A DNA stretch of 64,000 nucleotides from Desulfobacterales bacterium (GTDB lineage: Bacteria > Desulfobacterota > Desulfobacteria > Desulfobacterales > UBA2245): NCBI GenBank assembly GCA_040771865.1, contig JAXGZF010000010.1:62001-126000 (forward strand). Direction: 5' to 3'. Positions 27,978 to 38,010 of this stretch are shown here, piece by piece. The position numbers and the translations under genes were made by a program. Under the pieces are notes generated by a model. That model searched no databases. It was given only the letters and a program-made list of their open reading frames with translations, and was not told the origin of the DNA. Position 1 is the stretch's first letter; each line of letters begins with the position of its first letter.

Positions 27978-29803
27978 TGGGTCGCCTCGCTGGTCGATTT
28001 TCTTTTTTTCAACTGCCGGTAGGCAACCGGGATCAGAGAAACCAGCACGATCAGGGCGATGCCGATCAGGGCCGCAGGGGATATGTGCCCCCGGATCAAT
28101 CCCAGCAATGAGCTGGAAAAAACGATGAAGGCAATGCAGGCCGGCAGCATGCAAATGAAAGAGGCAGCCACGTAATGCGTAAACGGCACCTTGGTCAGTC
28201 CAAAGGCGTAGTTCAGCAGGTTGAACGGAAAGGCAGGAATCAGCCGGGTGAAGGCCACGACCTTCCAGCCGTGCTGGGCTACGTCGCGGTCAAGCTTTTC
28301 CCATCTTGAGCCGGTCAGTTTGGCGGCCACCCAGTCGCGGGCCACGTACCGCGCCGCCAGAAAAGCCAGGGAAGCGCCGATGGTTGAGCCGGTAATGGTA
28401 TAGACCACGCCCCAGAAAGGTCCGAAAACGATGCCGCCAACAATGGTGATCGGCAGTCCGGGCAGAAAAAGAACCGGTGCCAGGGAATAGATCAGCATGT
28501 AGATGGCCGGCGCCAGAGATCCGTAAGCACCGATCAGCGCACGCAACCTGTCCTGCTCCAGGTACTGAGTTGCGCCCGACAGGTGGACGCCGGCAACCAC
28601 CGCCGCCAGCATCGCCAGAAATATCAGCGGTTTCCAGGAACGTTTCTTTTGAGTCTCCTGGTCGTCGACAAAGGTGCGTTCACGCTTCACGGCGAATCCC
28701 TCCCGGCGTTTAAAGGCCCCTTTGAGGCGAAGCCGGTTCAGATAGGTGAAGGGGGCGCCGGCGCCTTTGACTTTTCCGGCCAGGGTTTGAGCCGGTTTGA
28801 AAAGAACATCGACGAGGTGATTGGTCGGCGTATGCCCGCCCAGGGTCTGAGTGCAGCCGGCGCAATAGGTGATGATCCTCTTGCCGTCCGCTTCTTTTTT
28901 GCGAAGTTCGCCCCATTCTGCGGCAAGTTCCGGGTTCAGCAGGTTGACTGCGCCTCCCTGGCCGCAACAGATGGTTTTTTTTCCTGAATGGGGCATTTCC
29001 TCCACCGTCAGTCCCTGGCGCTTCAGCAGGGTGCGTACGGCCTGATGCACCGGCTCGGCATGGCGGATGGCGCAGGGGTCGTGAACCGTCACCGTGCCGG
29101 ATGCTTTCTCAGGCTGCAGCCCGTTTTCCGCCAGGGCCTCCCACACGGTTTTCACTTTCAGCCCCTCGCCCAGAGAAGCGAACATCGACTGACAGTTGGG
29201 GCAGGCCACCAGTACCTTCCGAACCCCCTGCTGCACGAGCCAGCTGCGCATCTCCTCGAACATGACGCGAGCGTGCCGCTCCCGGCCAACGGTCCGGGAC
29301 GGCTTGGAACAGCAGTCAAAAACGATGCCGATGGCCGGATCAGCCTGCCGGAGCTGAGCGAAAATCTTCTCGACTCCTTCGGGACGGGTGCCCGACAGGG
29401 AACAGCCAGGAAAGAAGATCGTCGTGCATCCCTCAGGCAGGCGGTACAGGGTGAAACGGCGGGTCGTTCCTATTCGTTCGTAGTTCAACAGGGGTTTATG
29501 CTCTGAATGCTCGCCAAGACCCTGATCGACCGCTTCGCGCCGCATTTCCAGAAACATGCCGGCTACATCTATCTGCTTCGGGCAGTTTGCCGTGCAGAGA
29601 TTGCACAGGCTGCATTCAAAGGAGCGCGACAGGGATTCTGGTGAGGAAAGGTCGAAACCGGCGGCGATTGACTTCGGTGCGCCGTATTTCTTGAGAAAGA
29701 CGCACTCTCTCATGCATTTGCCGCAGTCGGTGCAGTCTGATGCGATTGCATTAATGAGCTCCCGCAGTTCCGGGCGGATCTTGTTTCCGCTGACAACGTT
29801 CAT
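27974..29803 (-). CDS. Fe-S oxidoreductase (ferredoxin + CCG domains) fused to a TVP38/DedA (VTT) membrane domain
   Basis: CTDCGKCMREC, CSLCNLCTANCP, FFPGC, DCC, ACPNC, HDPC, CCG, YCAGC, then TVP38 motifs FLPG and RLIPAFPFNLLNYAFG. Confidence 0.85.
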   Translation of the reverse strand: MNVVSGNKIRPELRELINAIASDCTDCGKCMRECVFLKKYGAPKSIAAGFDLSSPESLSRSFECSLCNLCTANCPKQIDVAGMFLEMRREAVDQGLGEHSEHKPLLNYERIGTTRRFTLYRLPEGCTTIFFPGCSLSGTRPEGVEKIFAQLRQADPAIGIVFDCCSKPSRTVGRERHARVMFEEMRSWLVQQGVRKVLVACPNCQSMFASLGEGLKVKTVWEALAENGLQPEKASGTVTVHDPCAIRHAEPVHQAVRTLLKRQGLTVEEMPHSGKKTICCGQGGAVNLLNPELAAEWGELRKKEADGKRIITYCAGCTQTLGGHTPTNHLVDVLFKPAQTLAGKVKGAGAPFTYLNRLRLKGAFKRREGFAVKRERTFVDDQETQKKRSWKPLIFLAMLAAVVAGVHLSGATQYLEQDRLRALIGAYGSLAPAIYMLIYSLAPVLFLPGLPITIVGGIVFGPFWGVVYTITGSTIGASLAFLAARYVARDWVAAKLTGSRWEKLDRDVAQHGWKVVAFTRLIPAFPFNLLNYAFGLTKVPFTHYVAASFICMLPACIAFIVFSSSLLGLIRGHISPAALIGIALIVLVSLIPVAYRQLKKRKSTSEATH

Positions 29804-29816
29804 GAATATGATCCTC

Positions 29817-30656
29817 TCAAGGCGTCTTGTAATAGACGGAAATCGAATAATTGGCGCCGGCCGCCGTATTCTGGCCATAGATGTCGGGCCGATAGCTTAA
29901 CTCAACGCCCCAGGACTGAGTGATCTTGTATCCCAGCGCGATATCGAGCTTGCCGAGGTCATAGTTGTAGGTTGACGTAGGATTGCCGCTGCTGTCTTTC
30001 TTTTCCCCGTCATCCATGCTGTAGATGCCGTCCAGCTTGACGCGGGCATAGACGCTGCTGGTGATGTCCGCACCGAACTCGATCAGGTAGCGAATCTCAT
30101 CGGAAGGCTCTTCCGCGCGAAAGCGGTAGCCTACCTCGAAATTGCAGTAACCGGGGATCAGCGGATAAAGCGAACGGCCGTAAAGCAGCCGGATTTCCGT
30201 ATCGAGCTGATCGTTGCCCAGGGGCAGGTCGTCGTCTTCGTCATACGGCCCGGGAATCTTGAAAAGCAGTTGCGTGGAAATGATGCCGATCCGGTCGCTG
30301 TCCAGCAATTTGTACCGCAACCCGAGGTCAATGTCGCCGATGCCGTACGCTTCCGAGGTAAACGCGTCGTTGTCGTTTTCCAGCCATTTGTAGGTCAGCG
30401 AGTTGATCAGGGTCAGGTTGTCGAGCAACCCGTACTCAAAGTAGTTGGAAACGTTGTAATCGGTGAATTCCCCGTTGTTGGGCGTGCTCTCGCGGTCTCC
30501 GTCCGGATCGAAAGTGTCGCTCGAATAATAATAATTGAAGGAAACCTGTTCGTAGAATCCGCCCTTCTTTTGAGTCCAGGCGCCGGAAAAGCAGGTCGCG
30601 GCGGATACCGTTACCAGCAGGATGACAACGATTGTTGACAGAACAAGATTTTTCAT
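29817..30656 (-). CDS. Putative outer-membrane beta-barrel protein
   Basis: Signal peptide (…CFSGAW); alternating aromatic/hydrophobic strands (YFEYGL, IDLGLRYKL, EVGYRFR, IALGYKI). Confidence 0.65.
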   Translation of the reverse strand: MKNLVLSTIVVILLVTVSAATCFSGAWTQKKGGFYEQVSFNYYYSSDTFDPDGDRESTPNNGEFTDYNVSNYFEYGLLDNLTLINSLTYKWLENDNDAFTSEAYGIGDIDLGLRYKLLDSDRIGIISTQLLFKIPGPYDEDDDLPLGNDQLDTEIRLLYGRSLYPLIPGYCNFEVGYRFRAEEPSDEIRYLIEFGADITSSVYARVKLDGIYSMDDGEKKDSSGNPTSTYNYDLGKLDIALGYKITQSWGVELSYRPDIYGQNTAAGANYSISVYYKTP

Positions 30657-30679
30657 AAGGGACCTTTCAATGTGGTAGC

Positions 30680-30710
30680 CAGGAGGGCGACCGTTATGGT
30701 TGCCCTCCTG
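30680..30710 (-). other. Intergenic stem-loop after the seleno-rhodanese gene
   Basis: Plus-strand CAGGAGGGCGACC-gttat-GGTTGCCCTCCTG inverted repeat; no U-tract on the coding strand. Confidence 0.5.
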
Positions 30711-30760
30711 TAGGTAGTAAACCTCATTATTTCTTGTAATGACGACAGGATAATCCTGAA

Positions 30761-32593
30761 TTATTCAGCGCCAAGAACTCTGGGTCGATCCGGATCCCAG
30801 GTCCACTCGTACCAGCTTCCATCGTAGTTTTTGATTTCAGGGTAGCCCATGGAGTACGCAAAAAAGAAGACCATACTGGTCCTCCATGCCGTCCCTCAGT
30901 AAAAGGCCAGCATTTTGTCAGAAGTAATTCCCCTATCCTGCCACATCTGTTCCACTTCGGGATAGCTCCGCAGCGTCTTGTCGGCGTCGAAATACCAGCC
31001 GCTATTCTCCGCGTACACATCGCCTGGAATGTGGCCTGCTGCCGTAAAGAAGTTGTAGTGGGTACCACCATCTTCGCCGGTATGTTCTTCCCAGCTGCGT
31101 ATGTCCACAACTACAGAATGCGGGTCAGACAACATTTCCTGGATTTCCGCGGTAGTAGCCAGATATTCCGGATGAACCGGAACGACGGCGCCGAAATCAG
31201 CAATGGGAATCGGTATGTTCGGCGTGGTTTCCACGCCGCCGCCGCTTGCCGACCACGCCTCGTATCCGCCGTTGAGAACGCGCACATCCTCGACACCGGC
31301 ATACATCAAAGCCCATGCAACCCTGAAATAGTTTGATGATGAGCCGTAGCCATACACAACCACCGTTGTGTCACGAGTGATCCCCAACTCTTCGATCAGT
31401 GTTTGAAGCTGGGGATCCGGCGGTAAATTTGCTTCAGCCGGACAAGTGTATACATCAGCGCCACAAGTTAGTTCACGGGTGCCGACGTGTATGGCACCTG
31501 GTATGTGGCCCGTGTTGTATTTAAGGTTAGGACTTGTGCTTTCCGTTTCCAAGATTACATATCTTTCACTCTCGAATGTCGGCGGCGTGCCGCCCGCAAT
31601 GAGTTCCTCAATCCATCCCGGATACACCAGCATGTGATAGTTGGCCATCTTGTCCATCGGATACGCGGTTTCATCCGCGGCGGCCCACTCGATAATGGAG
31701 GCGTCGTAATTGGCCGCGCTGGGATAGCCCATCAGCCTCAGGGCAAAATAGACAAATCCGCTGCGGATGCCGACCGTGCAGTTGGAGGCGACTTCCTTGT
31801 CGGCAGTGACGCCACGGGTTTCAAGCAGGGTCTTGAGATCCGCATAGGACAGAACGGTTTTATCGCTGTTAAAAAACCAGGCATAGGGAATCTGGACCGC
31901 TCCGGGAATATGACCGCCCCGCGCTTCTCCGTAGATCTGCCAGCCGTTGTATTCTTCATCCGTCCGGGCGTCGATGAGAACAAAATCGCTGCTCTGCTCC
32001 TTGGCCAGAATGGATTCCTTGGTAGCCCGCACGGCGTCCTTGACCGATGCTGTAAAGGTCGCCTTGATCAGGGCGTTGGTTCTTGTTTCTGTTGGTCTCC
32101 CGTCGGCGATCCATTTGTCCCAGCCGCCGTTGAGGATGTGGACGTCGTTGCATCCGAGGTATTCAAGCATCCAGAAGATGCGCCCCGCAGCGCCCCAGGC
32201 CGCCGTGGTGTTGTCGTAGACAACGACGGTCATATCCCGGGTCAAACCCGCCTCGCCGAGAAGAGCTTCCAGCTCTTCCACGGGTTTCAGGCCGGAACCC
32301 CAGGTCCAGAAGTCGTTGTGTATCAGGTTGATGGCGCCTGGTATGTGTCCCTGGTCGTATGCGGCTTTACCCCGCGCGTCGATAACCAGCAGATCGGGGT
32401 TGCTCAGGTTGTCCTCGACGGAACCTGCCCATACGAGGAGGTCGGCATTGGGATATTCCGTGGAAGATGGAACAAGAATCGATGCTGAGCTTGATGATCC
32501 TTTGTTGTCCACGGAACTGCCGCAGCCCGAAATTAAGCATGCGGCCGCCAACGCCAGAAACGACAGGATGATAAGTAGTCCGTTGCGTTTCAT
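30761..32593 (-). CDS. Four-domain rhodanese lipoprotein, selenoprotein (Sec566)
   Basis: Lipobox LISGC. The ORF track stops at TGA 30896-30898, but the frame continues FY-U-GTAWRTSMVFFFAYSMGYPEIKNYDGSWYEW…GAE* to TAA at 30761, matching paralog FYCGTAWRSS. SECIS-like hairpin present. Confidence 0.88.
30866..30884 (-). promoter_or_regulatory. SECIS-like hairpin
   Basis: GAGGACCA-GUA-UGGUCUUC, beginning after an 11-nt spacer from the UGA. Confidence 0.7.
31613..32462. repeat. Diverged third copy of the shared N-terminal double-rhodanese module
   Basis: Aligns with ~34931-35780 (offset 3318) with scattered substitutions. Confidence 0.8.
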
Positions 32594-32950
32594 TCGAATT
32601 TTTCCCTTTCACGCTTTTGAACGTTTATGTCGTACTGTTTTCGTGCCTGATTTTCATATATTTGATTTGTATTTTCTCTCCTTTCATGGGTTGGAATCTT
32701 CAAATGAACGGTTAGCGCGTCTGTTCCCGTAATGACGCACTGGCTTAAAGATAGCGGTATCTTCACAATTTTATAAATAAGTCAAATTGATAATAAGAAT
32801 ATAAAAATAATCAATTATTGAGATAAGCGATCAATTATGGTTTCTTTACAGGCGGGCTTAATAGCAATAATAATGGTCCTGCGGAAAAATACATTTTCTG
32901 AAGAATAGAGTGCGTTCCGGCGCAGAAATTAAAGCGCGTTGAGAATCGAT

Positions 32951-32992
32951 TTCAAACAAAAGGCCGCCTGAAAAGGCGGCCTTTTGTTTGAA
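32951..32992. terminator. Intrinsic (bidirectional-type) terminator after the 964-aa rhodanese
   Basis: TTCAAACAAAAGGCCGCCT-gaaa-AGGCGGCCTTTTGTTTGAA, perfect 19-bp inverted repeat with U-tracts. Confidence 0.85.
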
Positions 32993-33007
32993 TTATTATG
33001 CACAAAT

Positions 33008-35902
33008 TCAGGGCAGATCCGGATTCTCATCCAGGATGGGATTTTCGACCGGATAATCTCCGTTATAGGCGGATCCATTACCCATGCTCCATTCGAACCA
33101 GGAACTGTCGAAATTGCTGATTTCCGGATAACCGATCATGTATGCATAAAACCAGGCCAAACTGGAGCGCCAGGCCGTCCCGCAGTAAAAGCTCAGGTGC
33201 TTGTCGGTGGTGATGCCGTGAGAATTCCAGTAGATGTAAATCTCAGCGGATGATTTCAGAGTGCCGTCGTCGTTGACATAGTCTTCCATGGTCCACGGGC
33301 CTGAACCTGCCTTGCCCCAGACTGCGCCGGGAATGCGGCCGCTGGTGGGAATATAGCTGTACGGAGCTGTCGCACCGGTATATTCATCCCAGGAACGGAT
33401 GTCAACAATCAGTGCATCGGTTTCAACGCCGTTGACAACATCGCGCACATAGGGAATGTCCACCTTGTATTCGGGATGAATGGCCGTGATTCGGCCGGGA
33501 TCATCCGGGTCAAAGAATGCCGCCGGCGACCGGAGATTGGTGGTTGTTTCCAGTTCATATCCGGCGGATGTCCAGGCATTCTTGCCTCCGTCTAAAAAGC
33601 GGACGTCGCTGACGCCGGCGTACATAAGAGTCCAGAACAGACGTGCGGCGGCGGTTGCGTCATCGCCATAAACGACGACCGTGGCATCTTTGTTGATGCC
33701 CATGTAGGCAATGGCCGGAAGCAGATACTCGTCCGGATAGATATTCCACCAGTTCCGCGGCAGGGCATCATTCGGACCAAGCCCCTTGGCGGCGTCCTCT
33801 TCTTCCGTTGTGCTGCGATCCCAGCAGGCCGGTTCGCCCGCTTCCACGGGCCAGGCGTTGCGGGCGTTGAAACAGTCGTATTCGATCTCGTCGGTGTTTA
33901 CCCAGATTGCTCTCGGGATATGACCGTTGTAGTATGGAGCATCAGCCGGGCCCCAGCCGGTTTCGACGATCACATAAGGCTTGCCGCCATTGTTGTTATC
34001 CGTCATTTGCTTTAACCAGGCCGCGCTGACCAACTTGTCGGTATTGCCGGTCTCCCTTGGATTGTCGTAATAGGACCACTGGAACCAGCCTCCATCAAAG
34101 TTTGCGGCCTGCCATCCCATCAGATAGGCATAAAAAGTATACAGACCGGATCGCCAGCCCGTACCGCAATAGAAATACATGGTTTTATCCGGTGAAAACC
34201 CCGAAGCGATCCAGTTCTTTTCAACCTCCGTATAGGTTCGCAGCGATTGCGTATCGTCTCTGACCAGTTCAACCCAGTCCCCGATCCATCGGGCTGTAGG
34301 AATGCGGCCGTATTCATGGAAATAGTGATAGTAGGAATTTGATGATCCGACGAATTCCGCCCATTCCCGATCGTCCACGATGATTGCGTCGGTATTGACG
34401 CCGCCGATCACGTCATGCAGATCCTCCATGGTGGCGAGGAATTGAGCATTGCCTTCTCCGCCGCCAAAATTAGCGGCAGGCAGGGTGTGCGGCGTGGTTT
34501 CGATGTCTCCGCCATATGCAACCCAGGCGGCATAGCTTCCATTGAGGATGCGCACATCGTTCACTCCGGCAAGAAGCAATGCCCAGGCCGTGCGTCCGGC
34601 GGTCATCATGGAAATATCGTCATCCGCGTAAACCACGACGGTCTTGTCTTTGGAAATGCCCAGTTCGCCGAAAAACTGCTGTAACTCGGCAATGGGTTTG
34701 ACATTGCCTTCCTCGGGAAATTCATATCCGTCTCCGTACTCTGAATTCGGGCCGTTTTCGATACTGTATGTGTCCATGAAAATCGAACCCGGAATGTGAC
34801 CGTTTTCATAATGGCTTCCAACATAATCCGTCCGGTTTTCACTGTATCGGGGCTCATACGAAGTATAAAGAATGACAAACCCGTTCCCCGGATAGGTCGG
34901 CGGGTTATTCCCCTTGATAAGCTCGTCCACCCATCCCGGATACACCAGAGCCTGATAATTGGCCATCTTGTCCATCGGATACGTGGTTTCATCCGCGGCG
35001 GCCCACTCGATAATGGATGCGTCATAGTTGGCTGCGATGGGGTAGCCCATCAGCCTCAGGGTAAAGTAGACAAATCCGCTTCGAATGCCGACCGTGCAGT
35101 TGGAGGCGACATCCTTGTCGGCAGTGACGCCGCGCGCTTCAAGCAGGGTCTTGAGATCCGCATAGGCCAGAACGGTCTTGTCTGCGTTAAAGAACCGGGC
35201 GTAGGGAATCTGGACCGCGCCGGGAATATGGCCGCCCCGGGCTTCTCCATAAAGCTGCCAGCCGTTGTATTCTTCATCCGTCCGGGCGTCGATGAGAACG
35301 AAATTGTTGTTTTGCATTTTGGCCAGAATGGATTCCTTGGTGGCCCTCACGGAGTTGTTGACCGCCGCCTTGAAGGTTGCCTGGGTCAGGGCGTTGGTTT
35401 TTGTTTCCGTAGGTCTTCCGTCAGCGACCCATTTGTCCCACCCTCCGTTGAGAATGTGGACATCCGTGCACCCGAGGTATTCGAGCATCCAGAAGATGCG
35501 CCCCGCAGCACCCCAGGCCGCCGTGGTGTTGTCGTAGACGACGACGGTCATATCCCGGGTCAAACCCGCCTCGCCGAGAAGAACCTCCAGCTCTTCCACG
35601 GGTTTCAGGCCGGATCCCCAGGTCCAGAAGTCGTTGTGTATCAGGCTGATGGCCCCCGGTATGTGTCCCTGGTCGTATGCGGCTTTGCCCCGCGCATCGA
35701 TGACCAGCAGATCGGAGTTGTTCAGGTTGTCCTCGACGGAATCCGCGGATACGAGAAGTCCGGCATTGGGGTATTCCGTTGACGCGGGATCAAGAGTCAC
35801 CACCGTTTCCTTGCTGTCCGAGGAGCTGCTGCAACCGGGAAGCAGAAATATTGCCGCCAAGGCCAAAAGGCCCAGAACTATAAAAACACTGCTGCGTTTC
35901 AT
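33008..35902 (-). CDS. Six-domain rhodanese lipoprotein (YnjE-like active sites)
   Basis: Lipobox LLPGC; three GHIP-containing tandem pairs; loops CTVGIRS, CGTGWRS, CGTAWRS. Confidence 0.9.
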   Translation of the reverse strand: MKRSSVFIVLGLLALAAIFLLPGCSSSSDSKETVVTLDPASTEYPNAGLLVSADSVEDNLNNSDLLVIDARGKAAYDQGHIPGAISLIHNDFWTWGSGLKPVEELEVLLGEAGLTRDMTVVVYDNTTAAWGAAGRIFWMLEYLGCTDVHILNGGWDKWVADGRPTETKTNALTQATFKAAVNNSVRATKESILAKMQNNNFVLIDARTDEEYNGWQLYGEARGGHIPGAVQIPYARFFNADKTVLAYADLKTLLEARGVTADKDVASNCTVGIRSGFVYFTLRLMGYPIAANYDASIIEWAAADETTYPMDKMANYQALVYPGWVDELIKGNNPPTYPGNGFVILYTSYEPRYSENRTDYVGSHYENGHIPGSIFMDTYSIENGPNSEYGDGYEFPEEGNVKPIAELQQFFGELGISKDKTVVVYADDDISMMTAGRTAWALLLAGVNDVRILNGSYAAWVAYGGDIETTPHTLPAANFGGGEGNAQFLATMEDLHDVIGGVNTDAIIVDDREWAEFVGSSNSYYHYFHEYGRIPTARWIGDWVELVRDDTQSLRTYTEVEKNWIASGFSPDKTMYFYCGTGWRSGLYTFYAYLMGWQAANFDGGWFQWSYYDNPRETGNTDKLVSAAWLKQMTDNNNGGKPYVIVETGWGPADAPYYNGHIPRAIWVNTDEIEYDCFNARNAWPVEAGEPACWDRSTTEEEDAAKGLGPNDALPRNWWNIYPDEYLLPAIAYMGINKDATVVVYGDDATAAARLFWTLMYAGVSDVRFLDGGKNAWTSAGYELETTTNLRSPAAFFDPDDPGRITAIHPEYKVDIPYVRDVVNGVETDALIVDIRSWDEYTGATAPYSYIPTSGRIPGAVWGKAGSGPWTMEDYVNDDGTLKSSAEIYIYWNSHGITTDKHLSFYCGTAWRSSLAWFYAYMIGYPEISNFDSSWFEWSMGNGSAYNGDYPVENPILDENPDLP
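34962..35902. repeat. Direct repeat copy 1 (941 bp, 5' module of rhodanese gene)
   Basis: Near-identical to 37070-38010 (offset 2108). Confidence 0.92.
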
Positions 35903-36126
35903 ACGAATTTCATCCTTTCATTTTACTTAATTCCTATCTCTGTTATGAAGCCGGTTGCTGTGCCAAAACAGCGGCCTCTTTATTGGGCCGGGGATGGCTC
36001 CTGCGGAACTCAAACTGTACGGAAAGATCTTAACTTTTCCATATTATCACAAGACCACTCGATGCATTATCCCTGTCGAGCTTCTGCATATTGGAGTGTA
36101 TTCTTTTAACCATCTGACTCCTCCGG

Positions 36127-38010
36127 TTATTCTGGCACTCCGGTCTCCCTGTCATTATCATCATTAGTTGACCACAGGAACCATCCGCCTTCATAGTTTG
36201 CTGCAGGCCATCCCATCATATATGCATAAAAGGTATACATGGCCGACCTCGCACCTCCGCCGCAATAAAAATACATTTTTTTGCTAGGCGTAAATCCTTT
36301 TTGCTTCCAATCATACTCTGCATCTGCAAAGGGTATAAAAGACTGATGATCCTCACTTACAATGTCAACCCAGTCGCCTATCCATTTTGCTGTAGGGATA
36401 CGGCCGTATTCTTCAAACCACCAATAGTATGAATTAGACGCGCCGGTGTATTCATCCCACTCACGGTCATCGACGATAATTGAACCAGTGTCGATGCCGT
36501 CAATAACATCCTGAAGATCTTCAGTGGTAGCTATATACTCAGTGTTGCCCGAAGATACGCCAAAACTTGCCACGGGGGACCATGAAGTTTCTCCGGTTTC
36601 GACTGCAAATCCCGCCGCCGTCCATGCTTGATAGCCCCCGTTCAGAATACGCACGTCGTCGACCCCTGCATATAATAATGCCCAGGCAATGCGCCCTGCT
36701 GTCATCATGGAAATATCATCATTCGCGTAAACGATGACTGTTTTATCCTTGGTGATTCCCATTCCGGCAAAAAATGTCTGCAAAGCAGAAAGTTCCTTGA
36801 CATATGATTCGCTCGGACTCTGATAACCATCTCCAAATTCTGAATTCGGACCGGTCTCGACTGAATAAGTATCCAGGAATATAGCGCCGGGAATGTGCCC
36901 GACTGAGGAGAAGGGGGTTCCTGCCCCGGTAGTAGATATCTCATTTGTCTCCCATCGGGGCCACCATGATGTAAAGACAATCACGTATCCGTTGCCGGGA
37001 TATGTTGCAGGATTGTTGCCTTCGATCAGATCATTAACCCATTGCGGAGATACCAGGGCCTCAAAATGCGCCATCTTGTCCATCGGATACGCGGTTTCAT
37101 CCGCGGCGGCCCACTCGATAATGGATGCGTCATAGTTGGCTGCGATGGGGTAGCCCATCAGCCTCAGGGTAAAGTAGACAAATCCGCTTCGAATGCCGAC
37201 CGTGCAGTTGGAGGCGACATCCTTGTCGGCAGTGACGCCGCGCGCTTCAAGCAGGGTCTTGAGATCCGCATAGGCCAGAACGGTCTTGTCTGCGTTAAAG
37301 AACCGGGCGTAGGGAATCTGGACCGCGCCGGGAATATGGCCGCCCCGGGCTTCTCCATAAAGCTGCCAGCCGTTGTATTCTTCATCCGTCCGGGCGTCGA
37401 TGAGAACGAAATTGTTGTTTTGCATTTTGGCCAGAATGGATTCCTTGGTGGCCCTCACGGAGTTGTTGACCGCCGCCTTGAAGGTTGCCTGGGTCAGGGC
37501 GTTGGTTTTTGTTTCCGTAGGTCTTCCGTCAGCGACCCATTTGTCCCACCCTCCGTTGAGAATGTGGACATCCGTGCACCCGAGGTATTCGAGCATCCAG
37601 AAGATGCGCCCCGCAGCACCCCAGGCCGCCGTGGTGTTGTCGTAGACGACGACGGTCATATCCCGGGTCAAACCCGCCTCGCCGAGAAGAGCTTCCAGCT
37701 CTTCCACGGGTTTCAGGCCGGAGCCCCAGGTCCAGAAGTCGTTGTGTATCAGGTTGATGGCGCCTGGTATGTGTCCCTCGTCGTATGCGGCTTTGCCCCG
37801 CGCATCGATGACCAGCAGATCGGAGTTGTTCAGGTTGTCCTCGACGGAATCCGCGGATACGAGAAGTCCGGCATTGGGGTATTCCGTTGACGCGGGATCA
37901 AGAGTCACCACCGTTTCCTTGCTGTCCGAGGAGCTGCTGCAACCGGGAAGCATAAATATTGCCGCCAAGGCCAAAAGACCCAGAACTATAAAAACACTGC
38001 TGCGTTTCAT
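36127..38010 (-). CDS. Four-domain rhodanese lipoprotein
   Basis: Lipobox MLPGC; loops CTVGIRS and CGGGARS; YEGGW. Confidence 0.9.
   Translation of the reverse strand: MKRSSVFIVLGLLALAAIFMLPGCSSSSDSKETVVTLDPASTEYPNAGLLVSADSVEDNLNNSDLLVIDARGKAAYDEGHIPGAINLIHNDFWTWGSGLKPVEELEALLGEAGLTRDMTVVVYDNTTAAWGAAGRIFWMLEYLGCTDVHILNGGWDKWVADGRPTETKTNALTQATFKAAVNNSVRATKESILAKMQNNNFVLIDARTDEEYNGWQLYGEARGGHIPGAVQIPYARFFNADKTVLAYADLKTLLEARGVTADKDVASNCTVGIRSGFVYFTLRLMGYPIAANYDASIIEWAAADETAYPMDKMAHFEALVSPQWVNDLIEGNNPATYPGNGYVIVFTSWWPRWETNEISTTGAGTPFSSVGHIPGAIFLDTYSVETGPNSEFGDGYQSPSESYVKELSALQTFFAGMGITKDKTVIVYANDDISMMTAGRIAWALLYAGVDDVRILNGGYQAWTAAGFAVETGETSWSPVASFGVSSGNTEYIATTEDLQDVIDGIDTGSIIVDDREWDEYTGASNSYYWWFEEYGRIPTAKWIGDWVDIVSEDHQSFIPFADAEYDWKQKGFTPSKKMYFYCGGGARSAMYTFYAYMMGWPAANYEGGWFLWSTNDDNDRETGVPE
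37070..38010. repeat. Direct repeat copy 2
   Basis: Near-identical to 34962-35902. Confidence 0.92.

Noticed and set aside
30896..30898. Interpretation of the rhodanese TGA as a nonsense mutation (pseudogene)
   Set aside because: It falls exactly on the catalytic Cys column, the downstream frame is intact and a SECIS-like hairpin is correctly spaced.
34962..38010. Diversity-generating retroelement or IS as the cause of the repeats
   Set aside because: No reverse transcriptase, transposase or terminal repeats; both copies are 5' parts of intact genes.
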